From the NCBI RefSeq assembly GCF_000196355.1, contig NC_007614.1:3030001-3062000 (forward strand): DNA of 32,000 bases, read 5' to 3'. Origin of the DNA: Nitrosospira multiformis ATCC 25196. GTDB taxonomy: Bacteria > Pseudomonadota > Gammaproteobacteria > Burkholderiales > Nitrosomonadaceae. Both the position numbers and the translations under genes were made by a program. Shown here in pieces: positions 1-9,789 of this stretch (position 1 is the first letter of the stretch; each line of letters opens with the position of its first letter). Under the pieces are notes generated by a model that saw only the letters and a program-made list of their open reading frames with translations, did not search any database and was not told the DNA's origin.

Positions 1-1
1 A

Positions 2-241
2 TTCTTGCTGGTAGCGGTATTTTTGCTCATTTCGGGTGTGGTGGGAATGATGCTTACCACATGGCTACAGGGCAGATTTGCGCGTGTGAATCCCGCAGTT
101 CTGTTCATCGCACTGTTATTCTTCGGCTGGCTGTGGGGCGCTGCGGGTTTACTGCTCGGCGCCCCCTTACTGGCTATTGTCAAGGTAATCTGTGATCGAG
201 TCGAGTCGCTTAAACCGGTCGGTGAACTTTTGGGACAGTAA
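2..241 (+). CDS. AI-2E family transporter (PerM-like permease), C-terminal fragment cut by window edge
   Basis: Hydrophobic tail with NPAVLFIALLFFGWLWGAAGLLLGAPLLAIVKVICDRV, typical of the C-terminus of AI-2E/PerM permeases; frame open to the window start. Confidence 0.8.
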   Translation, partial: FLLVAVFLLISGVVGMMLTTWLQGRFARVNPAVLFIALLFFGWLWGAAGLLLGAPLLAIVKVICDRVESLKPVGELLGQ

Positions 242-520
242 TTAACTTTCACATCTGCGAATGGGCAATCCCGAAGAAAAGGCGCAAGAGGCTCCTAATG
301 GAGCCGATGTATGAATCAATAGCGACCCTGCCAGGGCCCCATGCTTAGCTGTTTAAGCAACTTAAGGTAATTTTTAAATGTGGCCTACCGAACAGTATGA
401 GCTGCCAAAAAACGTTAATCTGATTTCCAATGCCGTAACGATTTACTGAAATAACGGCAAATCATTTCAACAACGGCGAATCATCATCTCTTAAATTTCG
501 TAGAAAAAGGAGATTGGTTT

Positions 521-706
521 ATGAATAAGGATCAAGTGAAAGGAACCGCAAAAGACATCGCAGGAAAAATTCAGGAAGAGGCCGGAAGGGCAGCAGGAAG
601 TAAAGAACATGAGGCCAAGGGTCTTGGCAAACAAGTTGCCGGCAAGGCGCAGAAGAAATATGGGGACGCCAAGGAAGCCGTGAAGGATGCGGCAGACAAG
701 CTTTAA
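521..706 (+). CDS. CsbD-like stress response protein
   Basis: 61 aa MNKDQVKGTAKDIAGKIQEEAGRAAGSKEHEAKGLGKQVAGKAQKKYGDAKEAVKDAADKL; CsbD family pattern. Confidence 0.88.
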   Translation: MNKDQVKGTAKDIAGKIQEEAGRAAGSKEHEAKGLGKQVAGKAQKKYGDAKEAVKDAADKL

Positions 707-734
707 ATTAACTTCCAAACATCCCCTCCCGCTC

Positions 735-765
735 AACCAAAAACCCGCTTTGCGGGTTTTTGGTT
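735..765 (+). terminator. Rho-independent terminator-like hairpin downstream of csbD-like gene
   Basis: Perfect 14-bp inverted repeat AACCAAAAACCCGC-TTT-GCGGGTTTTTGGTT with T-run. Confidence 0.85.
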
Positions 766-1270
766 ATTTGATTCAGCCTGCCAGCCTTCCCCTTCTTTTT
801 TTCTGAAGAAAGCCTGCATCACTTCCAGAGTTTTCGGCTTATGGCTTCAATGTCTCCAATAAAAAGGAATCGACATATCTGAAGGTCAAGGGTCAGGAAT
901 CAAGAGATCGGGGCAGAATGCCCATCCACTTCGCCGTTTTCAGTTTCCCGCTCCCGCTCGTGATAGAGGTCACGGAACACGGCCGGGAGGTCCCATGCAC
1001 ATTATAAATTCCGTAACGCCCCGTCGACACAATCGGTGCTTGCATTCACTTCAAGGAGTTCCGATAAATAGCCAAATGTGTTCCCTATGTAAGAACCGAA
1101 CAAGGCTACATAGAACGAAGCTCTTACGCTATTTTCAACTCCCCGGATAGCAGTTCCAGCAGTTGCCTGGCTCCACTCCATCTCTGTCCGGATTACATTG
1201 CTGCCCGGTAATAGCCTTCAGTAAAACCGAAGCGATGACGACATGCCGGCAGTACCTAGACTGGAGGCGT

Positions 1271-1738
1271 TTATTCCTTCGAAGATAGCTTTTCGCTGAG
1301 CTCTTCAAGAAAACCTTGCTGCGCAGGACGGACGCGCCGCTTTCCTTCGGGAATGTCAAACCACTCCGCCCGATCCACCTCCGGGAACTCCCGGATTCTG
1401 CCGGAGCCTTTCGGCCATTCCATGCTGAAGGCGTTTGAGATCAACCCGGAGGGGTCCCAGTCGCTTTCCGTAGCCCAGGCATCCACCTGCTTTCCGCTGG
1501 GTTGGGTGCGCGACGTGAGCGGAAGGAAGGGTGCGGATGGATGATGCCCGGTTTCCTCAAAAAACTCTCTTAACGCAGCCTGCAGCGGTTCTTCATCCTC
1601 CTCGTATTCGCCCTTTGCGATCGACCATGCGCCGAGATCCTTGTTTTTCCAGAAGGGACCTCCAGGATGGACAAGCAGAACCTCCAGCCGGCCATTTCGT
1701 CTGCGATAGGGCAGAATGCCCGCGCTTTTCTTACTCAT
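1271..1738 (-). CDS. NUDIX hydrolase
   Basis: Nudix box G-EYEEDEEPLQAALREFFEETGH in the translated ORF; complete ORF. Confidence 0.88.
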   Translation of the reverse strand: MSKKSAGILPYRRRNGRLEVLLVHPGGPFWKNKDLGAWSIAKGEYEEDEEPLQAALREFFEETGHHPSAPFLPLTSRTQPSGKQVDAWATESDWDPSGLISNAFSMEWPKGSGRIREFPEVDRAEWFDIPEGKRRVRPAQQGFLEELSEKLSSKE

Positions 1739-1924
1739 GCTGATGATGGTTCGACTGCCCGCTCAGGCTAAATCCGAAGAGACTGTGAAGCAGTTAAGCG
1801 AAAACATGCCGCCTATACGGAGGGACCAAAGAAGTGGCTATATAAATTTAACCGCTGCTTTCACGTCGTATCTCGTTGTCCCGCTTACGAATTAACACAA
1901 AACAGGGCAATTCAGATCACGGGT

Positions 1925-3271
1925 TCATGCTTGATGCGGGTTCTCGTCTTTATCGCTCTTCTCCTTTGCCGTGCAATCATCCGTTTCGTAATACAAGCCA
2001 ATCTCCGGTAGTTTCAAGACGAATTTATGCTTCGCGTTCGCTGATTTCATAAATGGCTGGTTTTGAATGAAATCGATTCTCTCGACTGCGAGACTCTTTT
2101 GGATACGCTCCTTATAGGGCGACCAGTCCGTATCCGTGTCACGAGTATGGAGATTGACAACAAGCGTGCGCCCGTCATACGCGACTTGAAAAGCTGTAAT
2201 TGCCTGAACTTCCCGAAACAGGTGAGTAAAAAACTCGGAATGGACAGTATTGCCCGCCTGGTCAGAAATAACGTCATTCGATCGCCCTATTACGGCAGCA
2301 ATCAGAGGAAACCCTCTGCCGCACGCACAGGGCTCATCCGACATCGTTATCAAGTCGCCCGTATCATACCTGGGCAGAAAGAGTGCTTCATTTGATATAT
2401 CGGTGGAAACGAGACGCCGGTCTTCCAGCACTTCAGGGTAGCAGCGGTCAGTAATCAAGTGAAACCCTTTCCTCTGCTCGCATTCGTAGGCCGATATCCC
2501 CGCATCGTGACATCCATATTGACTGAAGCAGGGAACGCCAAATGCGCGTTCAATAGTCTCGCGCATTCCGGGCGTCAGATTTTCGGCAGTAGTTACTATT
2601 CCTCTCAGAGAAAAGGTCGGGCGGTCAGGCCTTGAAAGCAAATATTCAGCGAGTTCCTGAACGGCTGATGCATAGCCATATAAAAGACGGTATTTACCTC
2701 GCGCGATCTCTCTGGCATAAGTATCCAGCCTCTTCGCGCTCATTTCGAACGCTGAGAAAAGGCGCGCGTTCATTATTCCATAATAGATATTCTGCTTGAT
2801 TCCGGAGGTAAAAAGAGATGAGCCTGCCAGGATAGCCACGGGCTCCCCCAGATGATAGCCAGCGGTTCGCCAGCTCAGCAGAATACCGGCCCAGAGATAG
2901 GATTGGGATTTGACCCCGGTGACGTAAACAAAAGGCTCTCCCGTTGAACCCCCCGTTTTCTTACGAAAAATCTTCCCTCCATAGCTTCTGTTCAAAAGGG
3001 ATTCTCTATTTTCATTTATGAATTTTTTGTCAATGACAGGAAATTCGGTAATGGATTTATGTTTCTTGTAATAGGGCACATCCCTCATCGAATCGAGGTA
3101 TGCTTCCAGCATTTTTTTTTGACGGAACCTGATAACCTCCTGCGATTCAAACTGGACCGCCTCCAGTTCTTTTAACAGCGTCAAGGATTGGGTACCTCTC
3201 ATTAGATCGAGCAGCTGGAAGCGCGCTCTGCCAAACCACTTCTGAACAAGAGTATAGTCAAAGCCTGCCAT
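1925..3271 (-). CDS. Phenylacetate-CoA ligase / CapK-like adenylate-forming enzyme
   Basis: KTGGSTGEPF phosphate-binding motif, YGCHDAG, PRYDTGDL motifs. The listed ORF runs to 3328, but ATG at 3271 (MAGFDYTLV) is preceded by AGGAAA, so it is the preferred start. Confidence 0.75.
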   Translation of the reverse strand: MAGFDYTLVQKWFGRARFQLLDLMRGTQSLTLLKELEAVQFESQEVIRFRQKKMLEAYLDSMRDVPYYKKHKSITEFPVIDKKFINENRESLLNRSYGGKIFRKKTGGSTGEPFVYVTGVKSQSYLWAGILLSWRTAGYHLGEPVAILAGSSLFTSGIKQNIYYGIMNARLFSAFEMSAKRLDTYAREIARGKYRLLYGYASAVQELAEYLLSRPDRPTFSLRGIVTTAENLTPGMRETIERAFGVPCFSQYGCHDAGISAYECEQRKGFHLITDRCYPEVLEDRRLVSTDISNEALFLPRYDTGDLITMSDEPCACGRGFPLIAAVIGRSNDVISDQAGNTVHSEFFTHLFREVQAITAFQVAYDGRTLVVNLHTRDTDTDWSPYKERIQKSLAVERIDFIQNQPFMKSANAKHKFVLKLPEIGLYYETDDCTAKEKSDKDENPHQA

Positions 3272-3580
3272 CGTCGTTTCCTGCTCGCCGAGACGAAGCA
3301 TAACTGATGCCTCGCATTGCACACCCATAGAATCTTTTCCTTTCCATGCTCCTCCCGGTCATTGGCATTGGTTCCATATCATACATCGGCCTGCCCTGTC
3401 TAAATAGAGGCGAATCGCCTCCCTCCCCTCCGGTTTCCTGAAGGTTTCTGCTTTATGCTAAAAGCCAGGGGGAAGCGACTGAAGAAACAGCCTTACAAAT
3501 CCTCCGGTTCCTTTGAGGATATTGATATCAAAAAAGAGCGCCCGCTCGGGACGCTCAAATGTGAACAGTTTTTCTCGTTC

Positions 3581-6500
3581 CTAGGATTTTGCCGAGTTGA
3601 AGTTGCCCAGGAGAATCAGGTCGCCCGGCACACCACAACTGCTGAACGAGATGTAGTTGTTCGATGGAAACAACAGGTTTTTCAGCGCGAATACCGAAAT
3701 GGAATCGAACTGGATGGACAGCTTTTCCGCAATCTGCGCCGGCACCTGGCTCTGTATCTGCTGATTGACCTGCGCGGCCAGATCGTCAGAGCCGCTAGGT
3801 CCTCCTCCCGACAAGTGACCGCTGACCACAACTCCCTGACCGGAAGTCTTGATCTCGATGGTCTGGTTGCGCCCGCTTCCACCCACATTCAGTGGCAACG
3901 CAGCTTTCACCTCGATTGTCACGTCCGTTGCCAGCTTGGAATCGCTGCAGCGGGGGTCGCAATTCCACAGGCAGGGATAGTAAGACGTGCAGGCACGCTG
4001 GTTGTATTGCAGGGATTGCCCGCGCGACCCGCTGTAATACATTTGTCCGTTTGCCTGCACGACAATGGCGGTGTCCGCCAGCGACCAGGAAACGTCGTTT
4101 CCGCCCGGAATCGAGTAGGTATACTGGGTCATCGATCCACTGCCATGACCGCTGCTGGTGGACGAGGTGTGGTTGAGTTTGCTCAAGTCCACGCTGCCGG
4201 TGACGCTGGCACTGGTGAATTTAGCCGACCACGCCTTGGCTGGACTGCCTGGATCGAGCCCTTGCAGTGCCCAGCCATTGTTTCTCAAGCTTTGCGGAAG
4301 CACATCCTTGAATATCAGCGCAGAGCGGACGATCATGCTGTTGCTCTGACCCTGCGGAATCGGCTCAGGGATATTGTTCAGAAAAGCCTGGGAGTAATTC
4401 AGCGCTGCCCGTCCCCCGGTCATGATGAAGAGCTGCAGCATCTCGTTATTGCCGGGTGTCTGAAGCGGCTTGAAGATAAAATCGCTTGGCTTGAGTGACT
4501 CCAGCGTGGGAATAGCGGTCAGGTCGAGCTGATTGATCAGGTAGACCACAGGGTTATTGACGAAGTATTCCTTCACCGCCTTGTTGAATTCCACCTTCGT
4601 TGCATCGCTCAGATCGATGTTGCTGATCGAGAACGTTCCCTCCTGCATGTCGAGCTGCACTTTCAAGACGTTGTGATTGCTGTTGTCAATCTTGACCGTT
4701 CCTGCCACCTTGGCCAGCTGAATCACCGCCGCCAGGGTTTCGCCGCCGATCGATTGGGGGGCATCGCACTGCTCAGGAAAGGATCCCACTTTCGAACAAC
4801 GCTGCACTGAACCGTTCAAAACCTCCATTCTCAGCATCGCGGTATTGTTGTTATTGATGCTGAAACTCAGAAGGGGGTAGCCGTATTCGATGGTAAAGCG
4901 GTTGATCACGGTCACGTCGCCAGGGTATTTCTCCGAGGTGTTGACAACGATTCTGTTTTTGTAGGCCGTGTCCTTTTTCAGGGCTTCGTACTGGTTCTTC
5001 AGCGCTCTGTTGATCTCTTCCAGATTCATGTTGAATACCACATCCCAGCCGTTGGTGCAGCTTCCCTGAGCGTACATCTGCTTCAGCAACGTGTCTGCGG
5101 AGGGCAAGGTTGGAGCTGGAGCCGCAGCGAGCAGCGGGCGGAAACCTTCAGCCAAACCATCGGCCGCCGGGGCCGCAAGCACCGGGGGCAAGCCGGATGC
5201 GAGCAGGCGATTCAATGCGCGGCGCTGCATGACTTTCTGCGCATCTGCAATTCTTGCTTCCAGCACGAAGGACAACCGGATCGTCAAACTATCGCCATTG
5301 AACTGCAGGCCCTTGTTCGTGCTCGTGTTCGGCAGCGAAACCTCCCAGATGGAAAAGGGCGTCACCCGGCTTACACCTTCAGACCAGGATTGCCCCCCGT
5401 CGGAAAACCTGGGCGAGTTGTCCTGGGCGTTATAGTTGTATATGCGCTCGCGCCACGGTGTGCGGAATGTCAGCGGATCGCGATGAAGGTTGCGGTCATG
5501 AAAGGGGGTTCCGCCGTAGGCCAGGCGCAGCAGATAAGTGCCGCTTTCAGTCGACCTGACACCTTCCACGGAAGCAACCACGGAAACGATCCTGGCGTTG
5601 ACGTACTGGTAGAACGCCGGCGCATCCAGGAAGATGGTGGTGCGAAAGATATTGCCACCAGTCAATTCCTCGGGCTTCACCCCTTCGATGACATATTCGA
5701 TCGGCCGGGTTCGTGTGACCTGATACTGCGCGAGGAGGGATTTGGCTTCCAGCGTGGCGGCTTTCTGCTGAACCACCGCGGCGCTGAATTTCAGCAGGCT
5801 GTACGCCAGCACGGGTGTGGCGGGCTGAAGGTTGGCGTATTGAAGCGCCAGGTCCTGCATCAGGAATGCCTTGGCAAGAATCGTGAGCATCTGGTTCTGG
5901 ATGAATGTCAGGTGCCCGGTCAACGCCACCAGATCGATGGCGGACCGGTCCAGATCCTTCACCTGGGCAGGATGCAGCTTCTGCTGCAATTCCTCCAGCC
6001 GTTTTGCCTGGCGGCTGTTGATCTCCTTCTGCTTCTGATTGGTATAGATGTCCCGTTGCAGGACGTGCAATGCGGATTCAGCGCTGGTTACAGCCTTGCC
6101 GCGCAGCACCATCGTGGCAAAAGCCGCTTGCAGGCCCGCCTTTTCCGGTTTGATGTCCGGACCCGATGCCATGATCTGGTTGAACTGGATCGACATTTCG
6201 TCCCAGGAAAGCATCGAGGGATTACCGAACTGCCCATCATCCAGATCATCCAGCGCGTGCTGGGCGTTTTCCAGAGCCTTGGCGCCGGTGCTCGCGCCGG
6301 TATAGAGCTTGGACAGGGCGTTGAGCACATTCAGCGTCTTCTGGATACGTTGCACGGTGAGGCCAAGATCTTTCACTGCGGAAATGGAGGATGCCGGGAT
6401 GGCAATGGAAGTGCCAAGGCTGAACAGATTGGTGGCCACTTCCAGGCCGAACTTGATCGCCTCCATGGTTTGCCACTGCTGCACCGCGGATTTATATTTC

Positions 6501-8716
6501 TGTACCGCCAGGTTCACTTCTCCCTGGGCTTCGAACAGTGACGCGCGCAGATCGTTGATCTTGTTCTGCTGCTGGTCGGCCTCGGCCTTGCTCTGGGCAA
6601 TCAGCGAATCGTAGAATCCTTCCAGGTCTCTCTGCTGCTCGGCATTCGCCTTGATCACATCGCTGACCAGCTCGCCCGACTTGATGATGTTCTCATTAAG
6701 CCTCCTGCCGACATCGATCACCCTTTCTTCCAGGCGCCGGACGGCCATGCGCTGTTCGTTTTGCGCCACCTGCAGCTGTATCCTGTCCAGATAGCTGAGT
6801 ATGCTTTGCACATACTGCTCATAGTCCGTGTAAGGCAGAATCGGAACAAAGCTGCCATATTCCGGATTGATGGCGTAGCTGGCGAGATCCATCGCACGGA
6901 TGCGCAACGCAATCAGTTCTTCGCTACCGCTTGCGCCCGATAGAAATTCCGCCAACCAGCTCAGATAATCGCGCACGAACTGCTGGAGACAGCCATTGGC
7001 TTTGCCCGACTGGTCGCTGATGACCGCCTCTGCAAATGTCATGGAAAACTGAAGGCTGTTCACAAGCAACGGCACCGCCTCGGCGGGAGGCACAACGCGC
7101 ACGTCATCCGCGACAAAAGGCACTGCCTCCGGCCCCTCGCCTTCCAGGTTGAACCTGAGTCCATCCACGATGACACTGTAGCGTGAACCGGAACTGTTTC
7201 TGATAGCCAAAGCACCCAGAAACTCGTCACATCCCAACTGCAGCGATTCAAATGCTTCATCCGCCAGGGAGATCGCCCTGGGCTGGCCTTGTACCCGCAT
7301 ATCCAGCACCTGCCCGAACAGCCGCACTTTTTTTCCGGGCACTTCGATGGTTTTATTGCTGCCCACGGACAATACGTTGGCAAGAAGGATGAAATCCTGC
7401 ACTTCTTCGGCAGCCACGAGCTGCATGTCTGCGAGATCCAGACGCGCCTTGTACGCATTGACAGTTGGAGTGGCAATGAATGACACGATCCCGGCGGTAT
7501 CCTGCGGCAGCATGCGGACGAAATCGCGCGGGTCATAAATGGAAAAATTCGGCTGTATCGTCGTACGGTACTTCTGCGCCATCGCGCCCTTGAAGATGCG
7601 CTGCCAGATCAGCCCACGCTTCTGCTCGATCATCACGCTCAGGCTGGCAAGCCGCACACCTATCACCGTCTGCTGGGCGAATTCCTGCTGGAGATCGGCA
7701 AGCGACAAAAGGGAGTTGACGTTGAACAGCGAGAACACGCTGTTCTTTTTTGACCACAGCTTATCCAGCCAATCGCCCCGCTTGAGCGTCGAATTGAAGA
7801 CGGCGGAATTGCTCAGGCAAATGACATTTCCATACTCTTCCACATAGCCGAAGATACCGGCGGCGCGGTCGGTCGTAAACTGGACAAAATTTTGAGAACC
7901 ATGACCCGACAGCGGATTGCTGCCGTCCGCATAAGCCGACGTGATCCGCGCAAACTGTTCCGGCGGATAGGCAAACACCTGAAGGATGGTATCGCCCAGC
8001 TCCACACCGGAAACATAATGGGTGCCAAATTCGCGGAAAGAATCGAGGACCTTGTTGGCATCATCCTTTGTCAGTTGATCGCCGTAATCCTGCAGCCGGC
8101 TGCGCCCGGCGTGCCGCAACCTGGTCGAAGCGGAAGTGAAGGCAGGGGTGAGCCCATACTCGGGATCGGGCTGACGGGGACGCGCGTGTACCAGAATGCC
8201 GCCCACCTCCGACGCATGGTTGTCCGCTCCATCCACCCTTACCAGTTTGACCAGCGCATAACCTGATCCCGGCCTCGTCAAATCCACGCCGATGGTTTTC
8301 GAAAGTATTTCCAGGGAAGCCCGGCTGCCGGCAGCACCCGCGAGCAAGGCCCCCGGTCCAAAGGAAGGCGCATCGATGTCGCTGGAAGGCTTGACGATCT
8401 CATACGGAATCAGCTCATCCAGCAACTCCAGGGCCGTTTCATGCAGCGTAATCACAGGGTAAGACCACGAGCCCCGGTGCTCGACCGGTTCCACGGGCTT
8501 TAAATCCATCGCCTGGTGTTCAGCAGAATAGAGGATGTTGAGCACCCCCTTCTGCGGCTGCCAGTTCGGGTTAAGGCCGCGAACGAGATTGGTGGAAAAA
8601 CCGATGCTGAAATCCGGATTATTGTTCATGTTATGCATATCCCTGAGAGATTGGCGATGAGGATCAAACAGGTGATTCCTGCTTGAAGAGGAAGAGACGT
8701 GGTACGGCTGAGCCAA
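3581..8716 (-). CDS. Giant MACPF-domain protein with coiled-coil/hydrophobic middle and P-47/TULIP-like C-terminus (putative pore-forming toxin-like protein)
   Basis: 1711-aa uninterrupted ORF; FREFGTHYVSGVELGD fits the MACPF signature (GTH[YF]...G). C-terminal NGWDVVFNMNLEEINRALKNQ and ...VFALKNLLFPSNNYISF...VPGDLILLGNF resemble clostridial P-47 proteins. Start is TTG at 8716; ATG at 8638 or 8629 is also possible. Confidence 0.7.
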   Translation of the reverse strand: MAQPYHVSSSSSRNHLFDPHRQSLRDMHNMNNNPDFSIGFSTNLVRGLNPNWQPQKGVLNILYSAEHQAMDLKPVEPVEHRGSWSYPVITLHETALELLDELIPYEIVKPSSDIDAPSFGPGALLAGAAGSRASLEILSKTIGVDLTRPGSGYALVKLVRVDGADNHASEVGGILVHARPRQPDPEYGLTPAFTSASTRLRHAGRSRLQDYGDQLTKDDANKVLDSFREFGTHYVSGVELGDTILQVFAYPPEQFARITSAYADGSNPLSGHGSQNFVQFTTDRAAGIFGYVEEYGNVICLSNSAVFNSTLKRGDWLDKLWSKKNSVFSLFNVNSLLSLADLQQEFAQQTVIGVRLASLSVMIEQKRGLIWQRIFKGAMAQKYRTTIQPNFSIYDPRDFVRMLPQDTAGIVSFIATPTVNAYKARLDLADMQLVAAEEVQDFILLANVLSVGSNKTIEVPGKKVRLFGQVLDMRVQGQPRAISLADEAFESLQLGCDEFLGALAIRNSSGSRYSVIVDGLRFNLEGEGPEAVPFVADDVRVVPPAEAVPLLVNSLQFSMTFAEAVISDQSGKANGCLQQFVRDYLSWLAEFLSGASGSEELIALRIRAMDLASYAINPEYGSFVPILPYTDYEQYVQSILSYLDRIQLQVAQNEQRMAVRRLEERVIDVGRRLNENIIKSGELVSDVIKANAEQQRDLEGFYDSLIAQSKAEADQQQNKINDLRASLFEAQGEVNLAVQKYKSAVQQWQTMEAIKFGLEVATNLFSLGTSIAIPASSISAVKDLGLTVQRIQKTLNVLNALSKLYTGASTGAKALENAQHALDDLDDGQFGNPSMLSWDEMSIQFNQIMASGPDIKPEKAGLQAAFATMVLRGKAVTSAESALHVLQRDIYTNQKQKEINSRQAKRLEELQQKLHPAQVKDLDRSAIDLVALTGHLTFIQNQMLTILAKAFLMQDLALQYANLQPATPVLAYSLLKFSAAVVQQKAATLEAKSLLAQYQVTRTRPIEYVIEGVKPEELTGGNIFRTTIFLDAPAFYQYVNARIVSVVASVEGVRSTESGTYLLRLAYGGTPFHDRNLHRDPLTFRTPWRERIYNYNAQDNSPRFSDGGQSWSEGVSRVTPFSIWEVSLPNTSTNKGLQFNGDSLTIRLSFVLEARIADAQKVMQRRALNRLLASGLPPVLAAPAADGLAEGFRPLLAAAPAPTLPSADTLLKQMYAQGSCTNGWDVVFNMNLEEINRALKNQYEALKKDTAYKNRIVVNTSEKYPGDVTVINRFTIEYGYPLLSFSINNNNTAMLRMEVLNGSVQRCSKVGSFPEQCDAPQSIGGETLAAVIQLAKVAGTVKIDNSNHNVLKVQLDMQEGTFSISNIDLSDATKVEFNKAVKEYFVNNPVVYLINQLDLTAIPTLESLKPSDFIFKPLQTPGNNEMLQLFIMTGGRAALNYSQAFLNNIPEPIPQGQSNSMIVRSALIFKDVLPQSLRNNGWALQGLDPGSPAKAWSAKFTSASVTGSVDLSKLNHTSSTSSGHGSGSMTQYTYSIPGGNDVSWSLADTAIVVQANGQMYYSGSRGQSLQYNQRACTSYYPCLWNCDPRCSDSKLATDVTIEVKAALPLNVGGSGRNQTIEIKTSGQGVVVSGHLSGGGPSGSDDLAAQVNQQIQSQVPAQIAEKLSIQFDSISVFALKNLLFPSNNYISFSSCGVPGDLILLGNFNSAKS

Positions 8717-8907
8717 AGAGGATATACAGGTGGTTAGCGCTTCAAGACTCGGGAATAGGGGCTGATTGGTGCTCTATTCGAGGTTTTGCCGATTGGCTTT
8801 TCAGTGGCGGGGTTGGGGGGGAATCGGTTTTGGGGGAGTCCAGAGATGAAGCGGCGCATTCGCAAATACAGGAAGCAGATCTTGGCGATCGCCCTATTGC
8901 GCGCCCC

Positions 8908-9129
8908 TTTCTCCGGCGCGTTCACCGGTCCCCATGGCGTGGGTATGACGTACCACCGTTCTTCAGATGAGTTCCCGCGGGAATAGCTCTAAGGAGGGCC
9001 AGCGACATCAATAACGCGGGACAGGTCCTCGCCACTGCCCTTATCCCTGAGCCTCGATCCTATGCTTTGATGCTCGCGGGCCTGATCCTAGTCGGATTCA
9101 TGGTCCGGCGAAAGAGTCTGTCGGCATAA
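8908..9129 (+). pseudogene. Degenerate 3' end of a HAF-repeat PEP-CTERM protein gene
   Basis: Manual translation: ...FSGAFTGPHGVGMT... in one frame, then after a frame change VPAGIALRRASDINNAGQVLATALIPEPRSYALMLAGLILVGFMVRRKSLSA* (stop 9127-9129). Matches the tail of the intact gene at 10242-11543. Confidence 0.8.
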
Positions 9130-9387
9130 AATGCCTATATCAGGAGCACTTCACGTTGTGAGGGAGATGCGCGATGCGTGTTCGAAAAACAAAGGTCTGA
9201 TTGGAAAACCAATCCGCGCACGAGTGACTTTATTTAATGAGGGAACAGCGGTAGAAATTCACCCTTGCTACTTGATCCTGCTGTTATTGCCGAGGCAACT
9301 CATTCAACCCTATTTGATAATTTATATCCCTTATCTATATTTAAAGAATACCTGCCCAGCCTAGGGCCTGTTCACAGTAGTTGATTT

Positions 9388-9789
9388 GTGTTTACATCCG
9401 GAATTTGGATGTGGGTCATGGATCGGGACATGTTGAGCGATGCGCAGTGGGCTCGTATTTCGGGACTATTGCCGGGCAAGCCAACCGACAAGGGAGGGCG
9501 AGCGGCGGATAACCGGTTGTTCGTTGAGGCGGTGCTATACACGGCGCGGGTTGGAAACCCCTGGCGCGACCTGCCGCCGAAGTTTGGGAACTGGCATTCG
9601 GTGTATGTGCGCTTCGCGCGCTGGGAAGCCAACGGCGTGTGGTCGCGTGTTGCCGAAGCGCTCCAGGGCGAGGCCGATCTGGAAGAGCTATTCATCGACT
9701 CAACCGTCGTGCGTGCGCACCAGCACTCGGCTGGCGCGTCAAAAAAAACGGTAGCGATCAGGCGATCGGGCGCTCGCGTGGTGGGCTGA
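9388..9789 (+). CDS. IS5/IS427-like transposase, orfA (0 frame)
   Basis: MSDAQWARISGLLP...DKGGRAADNRLFVEAVLYTARVGNPWRDLPPKFGNWHSVYVRFARWEANGVW typical transposase N-terminus (the listed ORF starts upstream at 9388). Confidence 0.88.
   Translation: MFTSGIWMWVMDRDMLSDAQWARISGLLPGKPTDKGGRAADNRLFVEAVLYTARVGNPWRDLPPKFGNWHSVYVRFARWEANGVWSRVAEALQGEADLEELFIDSTVVRAHQHSAGASKKTVAIRRSGARVVG

Noticed and set aside
3455-4498. 347-aa ORF antisense to the 3' part of the MACPF gene
   Set aside because: Composition typical of shadow ORF; opposite strand is a long continuous ORF with domain motifs.
5390-6541. 383-aa plus-strand ORF inside the MACPF gene
   Set aside because: Antisense shadow ORF, no recognizable motif, low plausibility.
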